A stretch of 64,000 nucleotides of DNA from Dictyostelium discoideum (lineage: Eukaryota). The DNA lies in assembly GCA_000004695.1 (NCBI GenBank), contig CM000153.2:4704001-4768000 (forward strand), read 5' to 3'. This document shows, piece after piece, positions 32,863 to 47,049 of this stretch. Below the pieces are notes generated by a model, which saw only the letters and a list, made by a program, of their open reading frames with translations, did not search any database and had not been told where the DNA came from. Numbering within the stretch: the stretch's first letter is position 1; each line of letters opens with the position of its first letter. The position numbers were made by a program, and so were the translations under genes.

Positions 32863-34364
32863 CAACCTTGCTATTTTTATTTTTTCCTTTTTTTTTTATA
32901 TTTTTATTTTTATTATTATTATTATTATTTTTTTTTTTTTTTTTTCACATTCAAATTATCACTAATAATAGTGTGTGAGTGGTTATGCTTTTTTTTTTTT
33001 TTTTTTTTACAATGTGGGATGTGTAATGTGTGGGTTATTTTATCATGTTGTTTGATTTATTGTTATTGAGATCGATTAGCTTTAATAATAACCGCTAATA
33101 ATAATAATAATAAAAACAAAACAAAATAAAATAAAATAAATAAAAAAAATAATAAAAATAAAATTTATTTGGATTGTTTTTATTTTTTTTTTTATTAATT
33201 TTTAATTTATTTATTTTTAATTTTTTTTATTTTTATAATTTTGATTTATGGGGGTGATGATGATGATAAAAAGTTTTGATTGATGATTTTATAATATAAA
33301 TTGGTGAGGTGTTTATATGAATAGGTGTTTCTGTGCTCTTAAAATTGCAATGTGAAATGATGATAAGTTTTAAGAGGTGTTCAGTGCGTTTGTGTTTTTG
33401 TTTAAAAGAAAAACCACAATCTTCTACTCACCCCCCCTCATAAATAGCACCATCCCCAAAAAAAAAAAAAAAAAAAAGGAAAGGATAAAAGAAAAGAAAG
33501 AAAAGAAACAAAAATCACCACCCAAAGTGATATTTCTATTTTTGTAATAAAAAAAAAGTAAAATAAATTATAATAATTAAAAAAAAAAAAAAAAAAAACT
33601 ATGGAATCCAATCATTCATGAATAAAAATAAAATAAAAAAAAGAAAATAAATAAATTTTTGGTGATAAAATTTTGGGTGATTAATTTTGGTTATAAACAT
33701 ATTGGTGTAGTGTATTATTATTTTTGGATTATGTGAATTAATTTTATTTGGTGCATAATCTTCATTTTATTATTATTATTATCTAAAAATAATAATGGTC
33801 ATTACTTTTTTATTTTTTTAATTATTTATTTTTTATTTTTCTTTAAGAAAAAAATTATAAAATTGCAAATATTCTAAAACTGAAGAGTTATCTAACTAGT
33901 TTGATAAGTGTGGGAATATATATTTAAATTTTTAGTTTAAAAAAAAAAAATAAAAATAAAAATAAAAAAAAAAAAAAAAGAATCCAACGGTTTTTATAAA
34001 TTTTAAGACCAAAAATTAAAATATGATAAATTTTATTTTTATTTTTATTTTTATTTTTATTTTTATTTTTATTTTTATTTTTATTTTTTATTTTTTATTT
34101 TTTTTTATTTTTCAAGTAGACACAAGATATTTTCACATCAAATTATCATGGGTGGACATCTGACAAATTACCACAATTATTATTTTTTTATTCATTTTTT
34201 TTTATTCATTTTTTTTTTTAATTATTATTATTATTTTAAAATGAATAATTATAAATAAATATTTCAACATTTATTAATTTTTTTTTTTTTAATTTTATTT
34301 TTATTTATTTATTTTTTGTTTTTATTTTATTTATTTGTTTTTATTTTTATTTTTTTTTAAATAT

Positions 34365-37300
34365 TTATTGACCAATCTTTCTGGAATTGAATTTTGAAAT
34401 TTTAGTTTGTGAAGATTGAACACAAATTGGACAATTACTAAATGAAACTTCTAATCCTTGTTGTTGTTGTTTTTGTTGCTGTTGTTGTTGTAGTTGTTGT
34501 TGTTGTTGTTGTTGTTGTAATTGTTGTTTTTGTTGTTGAGTTAATTGTTGTTGGGGTTGATTTGGATTGGTTGTAGTTGTTGAATCATTAGATTTCAAAC
34601 ATCTACTATGATAAGTATGATTACAAAAATATAAAACTATTGAACTATCAGGACGTGGTAAAATGATTGGTTGACAACAAGTGGCACATTTAGTAAGATC
34701 TTCAACCACTCTACCCATTCTTAGAGAGTCAACTAATGCCTCTTCCAAATTTACACAATCACTCTTTAGAATTTCTCTACAACCTTCACGAAGTGACATT
34801 TGAAGATTATAATCAGAGAGAATCTTAACTAGACGATCACGTAAATCTTCAATTTCCATTTTCTCTGGAATCAATCGAATCAATTTGATTGGATCAACGT
34901 TTGAACCTATATTTTCGAGTAGTTCACTAATGTAGAGTGAGTTATTCATTGATTTGTTGATGAGATATTCCCAAAGTTCTTCATCCTTTTGTTGTTCAAC
35001 AAACTCGACGGCATCTTTAATCTTGTGAAGTTTATCCAAAATTAAATTGAGTGCCTCTTTGGCATTACCAATACGACCCAACAAATAGACCATCTCTTCG
35101 TAGAGTTGTTTTTTTGAACATTCTTCCAAAGCTTTCTCCAATGAATAGTGACCACTATTTTTGAGGAAAGTCAACAAGAGTTCAGGTTCATATTGAGCGT
35201 ACAATTGAATTTGAATTTCATGGAAATCCGAAGCGATATGGGCATCCTTTAAAAACAATGTATGAAGATAACGATGTAAATACTCTCTACGATCTTTTAG
35301 CTGACTAACCACAACGGGTATTGGAATTCTATCGGTATTTGCCACCAATAGTTTAATGGCTTCGTTTTGATTGTAATCTATGAATAGAATGATCTTGTTT
35401 TGAATGGAGTTGAATAAAAGGTCAGGATAACGTGAAATCAATTCAAAGACATTACCACGTTTCAACTTTAAGTAGATATCCAAAGTTTTCTCCATATTGT
35501 TATCGTAGGTGTAGAGTTGTGCCAATGCAATCATAATGGTTTCGTTGGGCTGTCTTGAAAGCTTATCCTCGACTGCAGTGATAATGGCTTGAATGTTATA
35601 CAATGATGACGACCATTCTGTTACGGTCTTTAAGAATGAGTCTGGGTCGTTCTGAAGGAAATGGTTTAAAAACATCTCATAGATTGCACAACTTAATGAT
35701 GGATTACCAATTGGAATATATTGACAAAGTGGTTGAAGTCCACCCAAATTCAAGAATCTATAGACCCATTTCTCCCATAGTAAAGGATCACGTTGGCAAA
35801 TCTTTGGACATAACGAAGCCGCTTTTCTAATATCCTTCTTCTCCAAAAGGTAATCGATATATCTTTCACCCACTTCCCTAATCTTTGTTGGTGGTAGTGA
35901 TTTAATGGTCTTAATATCACGCTCAACTGCGTCCAATGCCTCATCATACTTTAACTTCTCCATTAACCAAGTTAAATGGTCATCTAAATTTCTTGGTTTA
36001 GCCGCAACCACATCCTTTGGACAAACAATGTAGAATATCGATTCATCGGTATTATAATCCAATCTATAATCGGTTGCTTTATAATGTTGATAGCCATTAA
36101 CCGATAGATTATCAGTGGTAATGGAGGAATTGGTCTTCCTTGATACAATATGAATCGATGGTTTTGAAGCACCATCCACTCTACCTTGATTCCAGGCACC
36201 CGTAATATTCGGACTGGTATTTGGATTGGTTGAACCACTATTTGTCAACATTTTTGGTGTTGCTGAAACTGACGAGAGGTCATCTTGGGCCTCGATCGTT
36301 GTGGCGTCATTGTAACCAAGTATGACCAATTCCTCAGCGAATGGTGCGATACCACCAATCCAATATTTTGTATTGAACTGATTCATAATCTGAGCGATCT
36401 TCACAGTATGGCCCGTTGTCATATCAACCTTTTCAGTGATTTGAATGACCTCCACACTCTTTGCCCAACCAATGATCAATTGGTTAGGTTTCTCCCAACA
36501 TAAACAACATCTATACAATTCACCTCTTGGTGATCCTTCCTTTCTAGGTATATGTGCAATACGAGTATTAGTTGAACAATCATAAATCTTTACACCTTGA
36601 TCATTAGCCCATGCAATGAAAATACCACTCCATTTAATTGCATAAATTGGTCCCTCTCCTGAATGAATTATAGTTTCCTTTGATCTAAACCAACCTTTTG
36701 AATTCATCACTAATTGACCTTGTTTACCACCACTTACAAATTGTCTTGTATTCTTATTTGTAAATTCTGGATCTAATGCTATAGCTGTTATTGGTCTTGT
36801 ATAATTATATATAAATTGTTCACCACTTTTATCAAATGGATTAATTACAACTTTACCTGTAAAAAAAAAAAAAGCAAACAAATAAATAAATAAATATGTT
36901 TATATATTATATATTATATATATATGATTACTATATTGTTTTTTTAAAACTTACCATCTTGTGAACAAGAAGCAATATAATCACCTTTTGGGTCAATAAC
37001 AATCTCAGTGATTGTTGAATTTTGAGTATCATATCTTTTAATTTCATTACCATCAAAATCGTGAATGGTAACAGAACCCCAATGTGTACCTAATACTAAG
37101 AATTTTGGATGAATTGCCATACAACTTGCACTATCTTTTTTTAAAATCTCTGTAATACCATGTCCTAATCTATTGTATTTTAAAATTGGTTCAATTTCAT
37201 CATCAACTTTACCTTCTTCATCCTCTTCATATTCAATCTCTTCATCTTCATCTTCATCACCTGTTGTTGCCGGTGCATTATTTTCACTATCTTCATATTC

Positions 37301-37726
37301 AATATTTCTAATAGTTCTATTTGGTGATGTAAATCCATTTTGTTGTTGTTGTTGTTGTTGTTCTTGTTGTTGTTGATATTGTTTTTTTAAATTTGTATTT
37401 GTATTTGTATTATTATTTGCATTTGTATTATTATTTGTATTTGTATTTGTATTATTATTATTTTCATTTTCATCTTCATCATATTCTTGCCCATTATCAT
37501 TTTGATGTGAAGTTGGTGGATTATAACCTATATCGAATATTATTGGTTTTGCAGTACTACCATTATCTAAAAAATTTGTACCGTTTGGTATGAATGCACC
37601 AGACTTTATTGGTGTACTCTCTATAATATATTCATTACCATCTTCATCAACCTCAACTTCTACCTCTTCATATTCAAATTCCTCTTCATATTCATCTCCA
37701 TTCTCGTCAATATATCTAGTTGACAT
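34365..37726 (-). CDS. vps41: Vps41 (HOPS complex subunit) with WD40/beta-propeller, clathrin-heavy-chain-repeat and C-terminal RING-H2 regions. Two exons: 37726..36954 and 36857..34365.
   Basis: Exon 1 is MSTRYIDENGDEYEEE...ILKYNRLGHGITEILKKDSASCMAIHPKFLVLGTHWGSVTIHDFDGNEIKRYDTQNSTITEIVIDPKGDYIASCSQD. Compare human VPS41 LKYERLSNGVTEILQKDAASCMTVHDKFLALGTHYGKV. It ends in phase 1 on GTAAGT (plus acttac 36948-36953). The acceptor is ttacag at 36858. Exon 2 is (G)KVVINPFDKSGEQFIYNY...RQFVSGGKQG...IKWSGIFIAWANDQGVKIYD...CATCCQPIILP...FCNHTYHSRCL. Confidence 0.85.
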
Positions 37727-38370
37727 TATTTAATGATTTATATTTTATAATTTTTGTATTTATTGTTTTTTTTTATTGTTTTTATTGTTTTTATTAAAGG
37801 TAGTTGTTACACTTGGGAAGTATAATAATAATGATAATAATAATAATTTCTGTGATTATTTGTTTGTTCTCTTTCTTTCTTTTATTATTTTTTTATTTTT
37901 ATTTTTATTTTTTTATTTTTTTTTTTTTGTTTTTTTTTTTATTTTTATTATATATATATAATACACCAATTCCACACAAACACACCTATCTAATTATTTT
38001 ATTATATTTCTAATATTTTTAAAAGGTTTTTATACATATATATACATATATAATATTTTTATCGTCAAGGGGGTGATGTGGTTATTATACAAAATATTAA
38101 AAATTAAAAAAATAAAAAAAAAAAAAAATTAAAAAAAAAAATAAAAAAAAAAAAAAAAAAAATTAAAAAAAAAAAAGTTTTTCAATTTTTCAAAAATATC
38201 ATAATTTTTTTTATTTAACCAAAAATGATGATGTGTGAGGATATTTATTTGATTAGAAAAAAAAAAAAAAATAAAAAGAATTTATGTTATATTTAAAAAA
38301 TAAAAAAATAAATAAAATAAAAAAAAAGATGGTGCAACTTGATTTGGTTGTTTATTTTTGGTTATTATTT

Positions 38371-40151
38371 TTACAATTTTGTAGTTGGTGTTGATTTATT
38401 ATTATTATTATTATCTTTATTTTTATTATTATCATTATTATTTGATCTTATTGATTTTTTAGTTGATGGTAATTGGTCAACTTTGTTTGTAAGTTTATGA
38501 TATTCTGCCTTTAGGGTATTGATTAATTCATCTAAATATTTAATTCTAGTTGTATGATAATCATCAACAGCTTTCAAAACTGATGGAATGTTATCTTGTT
38601 GTTCGTTGGTATCATTGGAATTGGAAGAGTTTGATTTTGTTCTTTGAATTAATTGACGTTCCTCTAAAAGACGATCCAAAGTTTCAACGATTTTTTCAAC
38701 TTCTTTATTGAATATACCTTGTTTCTCTAACCTTCTTTTTAAACCCATATAATAATCACTAATTGGATGAGTTGGTGGTTTCATATCAGCAAAGAATGGG
38801 AACATATAATAAAATGTATGACTATGTGATACAACTCCACCTTGTGTTAAATTATTAAATTGTTGGACATTAACATTATTAATAAATTCAAGTAATCTAT
38901 TATTACTATTATAATTATTATTATCACTAGTGATTTCATTGTTTAGTAATGTTTGTGTTGTAGCAGAGGTGGTAGTTGTTGTTGTTGTATTTAATAAAGA
39001 ATCGTTTGACCAAAACCAATTAAAACCATCACTACCACTAGTTTTTATACAAAGATCATTTATGAAAGATTTGTATTTTTTGTTATAAAATTTATGAATA
39101 TTTTCGTGAATCTCTGCAAATGTAAGAGATGGAAGTGATTTACTATCCCTATAATAGGAATGAATGAATTGACTAAATGTTTCAGTTGCTTTTTTAATAT
39201 TCCAAATACCTGTATCCCAAAATTCAGCTTCTATTTCATTAATTGATTCAGTGATTGTATCATGCACAAAAAATATTGGCACCATAGTTGGGATTAGTTC
39301 AAGTTGTATACTTTGGTTTTTATTATTATCATTATTATTTGTTATGGTTTTCTTTGCAGTGGTGGATGATGAAGTGGATGAATTATTTGGTTTGTTTACA
39401 TCTTCTATAATATCTTCAGTTTCATTATTATGAATTTCATTATTATTATTGTTATTGTTATTATTATTATTATTATTATTATCATCATTATTATTATTAT
39501 TATTATCATCTTCATCATCTTCATCATCAACATCCATTGAATCATCTTCATGTTCTGATGAGGATGATGAAGAGGCAGTTGTAGATTGAATTTGGTGATT
39601 AATTTCCTTTATTTTTGAAATCGTATGATCTTCACCTTCATAAATGATGATTTCATCACCATCATCAATATCTTCCTCATCTTCGTCATCTTCATCATCA
39701 TCTTCATCATCCTCATCCTCGTCTTCATCACCTTTACCAAGATCATCCAAATCTATAACTTCATCAGCATCAACTCCAGCTTCATCACTATCACTATCTT
39801 CATTATCTTGAATCATTAAACTACCACCACCTAATTGATTATAAACTTTTTGAGTATGGTAGGCCCAAATGAAACGATACCATAATTCCAATACTAAGAA
39901 ACCAAACCAAACTTTAAATAGACTTGAGGGTTTCATAACTGATGGTTTTAAAAACATTTTATTAGTTGTTTTAACCCACCATAACTCTTTTTGTAACTTT
40001 AAGAATTTATTATTATCAACTAATAATGTTGATGATGAATTTTTTAAATTTAAATTATATAAATCTTGTATTATTATTAATTTAGATTTATTAGATTCAA
40101 TCAATTCTACATTACAAAGTATTTTAATTAATTCTTTTGTATCAATACCAT
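38371..40151 (-). CDS. Hypothetical membrane-associated protein. Either the 3' exon of a larger gene together with 40193..41221, or an independent ORF.
   Basis: Track ORF 38371..40104; its start is not an ATG. A TM-like stretch is SSLFKVWFGFLVLELWYRFIWAY, followed by an acidic D/E/N-rich tract and a conserved-looking C-terminal region (HSHTFYYMFPFFADMKPPTHPISDYYMGLKRRLEKQGIF). No family is recognised. Confidence 0.5.
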
Positions 40152-40192
40152 CTATAGGTCATATGAAAAAAAAATAAAAAAAATAATTAATA

Positions 40193-41016
40193 TTAGTAAA
40201 TAGTACCCCATATATATTTACTATTTAAATTAAAATTATACATACGTTGCTCTAATTTTAATAAATGGTTTGAAGTGAAAGGTGTTGTTTCAATATTTAA
40301 ATCTTTTGAAAATAACCAATCTTTTAAATCTAAATAAAATAATGCATATAGATTTGGTGGCATTGAGATTAAAAAAGAGAATGGTTCTAATATATTTAAG
40401 GTTTTTGAAACTTTTAATTTCTTTTTTTTTTTTAATGACGGAGATGTTTTCTTTGATTTTAATGTTGGTACTGTTTTATCAATATCATTCTCATCCTCAT
40501 TATCATCATCTGCATCATCATAAAATATATTACTAGTTGAATTGTTTTCTGTAGAATTTGTTGTTGTTGTTGTTGTGGTTGTTGTTGATGTTGTTTTTGT
40601 TGTATTATTTTCACTATCACTATTTTTATTGTCATTTGTTGATTTTGAAGGTTTTTTTCTCATTCTTTCTTTTCTTTTCCTTTTTTCTTTAATTTCCTTT
40701 TCTTTTTCAATCATTTTTTTATTCCTACTTTCTGTGACCATATTAATTGTTGTTGCTGGTGCAGATGTTGCTGGTGCAGATGTTGAAAAAGGTTGAGATT
40801 TTGAAAAAAATGCACTAAACATTGATGATATTGGTGCTGATAAATCATAGTTAAAGTTAAAAGGATTGGCATTTGTAGCTGAGGAAGATGCATTTGTTGA
40901 AGGTGATGCAGAGTTTGTTGCAGATGAAGAATCGATACTAGTTGATATTAGTTTAGGTGTTATTCTTTTTTTTTTAGGTTGATTATTATGATTATTATTA
41001 TTATTATTATTATTAA

Positions 41017-41050
<34 letters not shown>

Positions 41051-41221
41051 TAGTGGGGTTGAAGATGATATTGATAATGATATTAGTTCTGGTATCATAT
41101 GATCGCTAATTTCGTTGCTGTCATTTTTTAAGTCTTTAGAATCTTTTATTTTATTTGCAATATCACATGAAATTGGCTCTTCATCTTTGATTTTCAACTC
41201 TTCAAATTTCAAATTATTCAT
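40193..41221 (-). CDS. Hypothetical protein. Possibly the 5' exon of the same gene as 38371..40151.
   Basis: ATG at 41221, MNNLKFEELKIKDEEPISCDIANK... There is a basic KR-rich stretch and a C-terminal ...LNILEPFSFLISMPPNLYALFYLDLKDWLFSKDLN... Its stop lies only about 90 bp upstream of the next same-strand ORF, which itself has no ATG. Confidence 0.5.
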
Positions 41222-41258
41222 TTATAGTATTTTTATTTTATTAATATTATTATTTCTA

Positions 41259-41290
<32 letters not shown>

Positions 41291-41861
41291 GTTTTTATTA
41301 TTTTTATCTATGTTTACAAATGCACTAAAGAGATAAATGTGAGTGAAATAAAGAATGAAAAAAAAAAAATTAAAAAAATAAAAAAAAATTAAAAAAAAAA
41401 AATTAAAAAAATAAAAAAAAAAAATTTAAAAAATAATTTCTAAGAAAATAAAATTAGTTTGTAATTTAACAACTTTGATGAAAAAAAAAATAAAAATAAA
41501 AATAAAAATAAAAATAAAAAAAAAAAAAATATAAATAAAAAAAAATAAAATAAAAATACTTACTTTTATGGTTACTTGTTATTACTTCTTTTTATAAATT
41601 TTCAATTTATTATTTAAAAATTAATTAAAAAAATAAAAAAAAGAAATAAAAAAAATATATTTTTTTATTTTTTTTTATTTTTTTTTTTTTTTTTTCATTT
41701 TATTTTCGCGCCAATTTCATTTTTTTTTTTTTTTCTTTTTTTTTTTTTTAAAATAATTTTGTTTTCCATTATATTATTTATCTCTATATTTTTAATTTAA
41801 ATAATAGAAACCAAATAATAATAATAATATAATAATATAATTGTAAAAATAAAAATAAAAA

Positions 41862-41870
41862 ATGTCACAA

Positions 41871-41927
<57 letters not shown>

Positions 41928-44900
41928 AGAAAAACAAAAACGCCATCGTCAGTGAATCATAATAATACAAAAATAAATGAAGATAAAGATTTATATAATT
42001 TCATTGATAAGATAAGAGATAAAACAGATAAATCACATTTAGAAGATGAATATGATGAAGATGATAATACTAAAGATGGTAAATTTAATAAAGTAGAAGA
42101 TGAAATTAAAAATGATATAGATAGTGAAGAGGATGACGATGATATTATAGAAGATAATGAACATTTATATGATGGAGATGAAGATAGTGAAAATTTATCA
42201 TCAGAGGGTGAGGGTGATGATCTTTTAGATGAAGATTTACAAGATCAAGATGAAGAAGAGGTATTGGGAGATGAAGATAATCATTATGAAATGGAAGGTT
42301 TAGATAATGAAACCTATGAAGATATTGATAAAGATAAGAAAACAGAAGTTGATTCAATCTTAACGAAACGTGATCGTGAAGAACAAAAAACAAGACAAGC
42401 TACAAATCGTCATCAATACAGAATTAGCTCTTTTCTTTTAGATGAAAATGATGAAAATATGGTTGATGAGGATACAGAAAATAATAAATTATTAGGTAAA
42501 TATTATTGTGTATTTAAAAATCAATAAATAAATAAATAAATAAATATATTAATTTTTTTTTTTTTTTTTTTTTTTTAGAAAAAAGAAAAGCAAATTTAAT
42601 TAAAAAAAGAAGAGAAACAATTAGACAACAAAATGATAATATAAAGAAAGATTATGATGGATCAGTACCATCATTTAAAGATGGATTTGTTAATAGTGAA
42701 CGTTATTTTGAAGATGGTGATGGTGATGATGATGATGATGATGATGATTTTGATATTGGTGATAATGGACAAGTTGTAAATTTGGAGGAGCCAGATAAGG
42801 ATAAATGTTTAAGGGAATATGTTTGTATGTCAGGACCAAGAAATGAGATATCGAAGCAGTTTGCAAAGTTTTTATTAGAGTTTAAGGAAAAGGATGGCTT
42901 TAATCCAATTTATCAAGAGTCAATTCAAAAGATGTGTGCAGCAAATAAAGAGAGTTTAATGATTAATTTCACACATCTTTGTGCATCAACAGTGTTTGGT
43001 GTGTGGGTGGCAGAGATACCAACAGAAATGATAGAGATATTCGACGAGGTGGCTTTGAAAGTCGTATTGCGTATCTATCCAAACTATCGTAACATTGTTA
43101 AATCAATTCATGTTCGTATCACACATTTACCAATTTGTGAATCACTTAGAGATATCCGTCAATCAAATTTAAATAAACTTACCAAAGTTGGTGGCGTAAT
43201 CACTCGTCGTTCAAACGTTTACCCACAATTGAAACATGTTAAATATGATTGTGTCAAATGTAAAACCACATTGGGCCCATTCAGTTTGGATGGTACTTTC
43301 AATGATAGTAAACCACCCATTGGTTTATGTCCACAATGTCAAAGTAAAGGTCCATTCGTTATGAATTCAGAACAAACAGTTTATCGTGACTTTCAAAAGG
43401 TAACATTACAAGAGTCACCAGGCACCGTACCACCAGGTCGTTTACCAAGAACCAAAGATATCATCTTGATGGATGATCTCATTGATACAGTTCGTCCTGG
43501 TGAAGAGGTTGAAATCACAGGTATCTATAAACATAATTTCGATTTGAAATTGAATTATTCTCAAGGTTTCCCAGTATTCTCAACAATCATCGAAGCAAAT
43601 CATATCAATAAGAAGGAGGATTTACTCTCATCATTCATTTTAACTGATGAAGATGAACGTGAAATTCGTAAGCTTTCAAAGGATAGTAACATCGCTCAAA
43701 AGATCATTCAATCTATCGCTCCATCAATCTATGGTCATGAAGATATTAAAACAGGTTTGGCTTTGGCTTTGTTTGGTGGTACACCAAAGGATGTAAATAA
43801 TAAACATCGTATCAGAGGTGATATCAATGTATTGTTAATTGGTGATCCAGGTGTTGCTAAAAGTCAATTCCTTAAATATGTAGAGAAAACAGCTCATCGT
43901 GCAGTTTATACAACAGGTCAAGGTGCTTCTGCTGTTGGTTTAACTGCTGCCGTTCGTATGGACCCACTAACAAGAGAATGGACATTGGAAGGTGGTGCAT
44001 TGGTATTGGCAGATCGTGGTGTTTGTATGATTGATGAATTTGATAAAATGAATGATCAAGATCGTACCTCAATTCATGAAGCTATGGAACAACAATCTAT
44101 CTCCATCTCAAAAGCGGGTATTGTAACCACACTAACTGCACGTTGTTCTGTAATTGCTGCTGCAAATCCAAAGAGAGGTAAATATGATTCCGGTTTGAAT
44201 TTACTTCAAAACGTAGAACTCACCGAACCAATTTTATCACGTTTCGATATTATTTGTGTCGTAAAGGATACCATCGATTCATTCAAAGATAGAGAGTTGG
44301 CAAGATTCGTTGTTGCAAGTCATATAAATTCACATCCCGATAATCAAAATAATCCAGAGAATGATTATTTGAATAGAGCAACTAAACAATCACCAATCTC
44401 TCAAGAATTACTTAGAAAATATATCATCTATGCAAAACGTATTAAACCTAGAATCACCGATATCGATAAGAATAAAATCTCTCAACTATATACTGATCTA
44501 CGTAGGGAATCAAGAGCTGGTGGATTTGCTATGACAGTTCGTCATGTTGAATCCATTGTTCGTATGGCTGAAGCTCACGCTAAAATGCATCTTCGTGATT
44601 ATGTCACCGATTTCGATGTAAATACAAGTATTCGTGTTATGTTGGATAGTTTCATCAATGCTCAAAAGAATTCAATGTATAAAAATCTTCGTACTAAATT
44701 CGCACCTTATGTAATCTTCCAAAAGGATATCAATCAACTCTTAACTCAATTACTTCAAACATTGGCAAGAGATTTTTCAAATTATCATTTCGCAAGAAGT
44801 GGTGATATTCCCGATCAAATCAATATACCCTATGATGATTTTGATACAAAAGCTCGTGAACTTGGTATTAGTGATATCACCTCTTTTTTTAGATCAAATG

Positions 44901-44971
44901 AATTTACTTCAAATAATCAATTCACTTTAAAAAAAGATAAATCAACTATTATTTATTATAGAAATAAATAA
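41862..44971 (+). CDS. mcm2: MCM2 DNA replication licensing factor. Two exons: 41862..42495 and 42579..44971.
   Basis: Exon 1 runs from ATG 41862 through an acidic histone-binding-like N-terminus, ending in phase 1 on a GTAAAT donor at 42496. The acceptor is ttttttag at 42578. Exon 2 is (E)[17 protein letters not shown]...[23 protein letters not shown]...[18 protein letters not shown]...[24 protein letters not shown] (Walker A)...CMIDEFDKM (Walker B)...SRFD (arginine finger). It matches human MCM2 closely throughout (VRISHLP/VRITHLP, zinc finger CxxC...CPQCQS). Confidence 0.9.
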
Positions 44972-44977
44972 ATTAAT

Positions 44978-45012
<35 letters not shown>

Positions 45013-45017
45013 TACTC

Positions 45018-45055
<38 letters not shown>

Positions 45056-45167
45056 ATATAATAATAATTTAATAATATACTACTACAATATTATTAATAT
45101 AAATTATATATATTTTTAATGATGAAAAATTAATATTTATTTAAAATTAATTTTTTTTTTTTTTTTT

Positions 45168-46834
45168 TTAATTATCACAACCATAATCGAAATCATTATC
45201 ATAATGAGTATGAGAATCATTATGATCATCTTCAATATTTGATACACCGACAGTACAAGCATCAGAACATTTTGGGAATGGTAATTTATTTGGAACCATT
45301 GCAATTTCAGAGGTGAATTGAGATTTCTTACCTAGTGGAGTAATAAAAGTTGCCTCAACGAAGAACCCAGTCCAACCTGAAGTTGGTTTTGAAATGGTTA
45401 CTTTATAAATTGGACCATTGTTTTTATTAGTTGATGTTTCTGGTGATAAAACAGTTGGAATCCATGGAATTGGTTGATAACAAGTTGGAAGAGAACAAGT
45501 AAACATACGGAAATCTCTCTTGGTTGATGAGATGGTTGTACCAGAATAAACAACAACTGATACTGGTAAAATTGATTTTTTATCCAATGATAAACTAATT
45601 GTACCAGTGTTATTATCTGCTGAATAATCAATAGTCCATGAATAGGATGGAATTTCAACTTTAGAAGCAGTGACATAATCGAAAAAGGTTGACATTGAAT
45701 TAACAACTTGATCAACACCATTAAGAATGTAATGATTTGTGTTTGGTATAATTCTTAAATAGTTATCACCTTTTAATTGTGACCAAAAGTATTTAGTTGA
45801 ATCACTTAAGAAGAATTCATCACCAGTTGTTAAAACTACTAATTTTGGCATTGTCAATTTGTTAAAGTAAACCAATGGATCAACGATATTTGTTAATTTA
45901 GTCATTAATTTAGTGTAGAGGTAATCTGGTATGCCAGCTGCAACATAATCACCCAAAGCGAAAGACCAGTCACCATAAGCTTCCATTTGTTGGCCAATAT
46001 TATTTACCATGTTTGGAATTGGCATAACTACTGGAATGATTGCTTTGACTCTTTTTTCAACTGCACCAGTTAACCAAGTTGCCCAACCACGTTTACTTAA
46101 ACCTGATACAACGAAATCTTTGATTTTATAAGCACCAGTTTTAGTTTTACCAAATTCTTGAACTGCATCCATTGCCCTAACTGCAGCTTTAACCATTGGA
46201 AGATAACCAAGAACTGTTGGATCTCTACTATCATTTAGGAATGCTCTGAATGTATAACCAAGGAATGCATCTTCAATTCTTGGTACACCTTCTTTAGTGA
46301 ATGTAATTGGTTGGTTTGGAATTTGTGTAAGATCAGCAGTAATTGCATTACTTTTAATACAAACATTTGATGAATAGGGTGAAATTGATTCAATACCTGG
46401 TACAGTTACATTATTATTTTTACCATCAATAAATAAAAAAGCAGTATCAATTCCTTTTTTTTTATTATAACTATCTGGAATACAAATTGTTAACCAATGT
46501 TTCCAAACTGAATTATCAGTATCTTGATTAGATAACCATTTTTGTGATACTATAATATTTGAAAAATAAAATAAAAATACTAAATTAATATTTAAAAATT
46601 AACAATATATATATTAATTAATAAAAAAAAAAAAAAAGAAAATAACATACCTAAAGATAAAACATGATAAGTAGCATTATTTAATTTATATGTTGCTTTC
46701 AAATCCCAATTATAATGTGGATCATATGATTGAACATAATCAAATAATGGTTTACCACTTCCATTTCTCGCATTAACGCTAATTGCTATAATTGATAAAA
46801 TTATAGAAATTAAAATTGATTTTAATAATTTCAT
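45168..46834 (-). CDS. Secreted PhoPQ-activated pathogenicity-related (PqaA-type) alpha/beta-hydrolase-like protein. Two exons: 46834..46651 and 46549..45168.
   Basis: Exon 1 is MKLLKSILISIILSIIAISVNARNGSGKPLFDYVQSYDPHYNWDLKATYKLNNATYHVLSL (signal peptide), ending in phase 1 on a GTATGT donor. The acceptor is attatag at 46550. Exon 2 is (V)SQKWLSNQDTDNSVWKHWLTICIPDSYNKKKGIDTAFLFIDGKNNNV...VKAAVRAMDAVQEFGKTKTGAYKIKDFVVSGLSKRGWATW... The family assignment is from memory of the Dictyostelium PqaA-like family and is tentative. Confidence 0.5.
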
Positions 46835-47049
46835 AGTGTTACAAAGTATTAATACAATAGTTAATTATATTTAATTTTTTTTTTTTTTTTTTTTTAAAAT
46901 ACAAATTATAATGAATAGAATAAAAAAAAAAATTAGAAAATAAAAAAGGAAAACTTTATTTATACATTTTCAAATGTAGGAAAAAAAAAATTGTTTAGAA
47001 AAAAGTTTTAGTAATATAAATTTTTTCCCACGTAATAAAGAAGTTAGAT

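Noticed and set aside
33250-33390. Box C/D snoRNA interpretation of the GC island.
   Set aside because: Two UGAUGA-like boxes are present, but there is no canonical CUGA D or D' box in the right spacing and no terminal stem. It is kept only as a generic ncRNA candidate.
40193-40206. Treating ORF 40193..41221 as certainly terminating at TAA 40193.
   Set aside because: The stop is real in the unspliced frame, but a phase-compatible 55-nt intron could bypass it. It is left open and reported as a finding rather than asserted.
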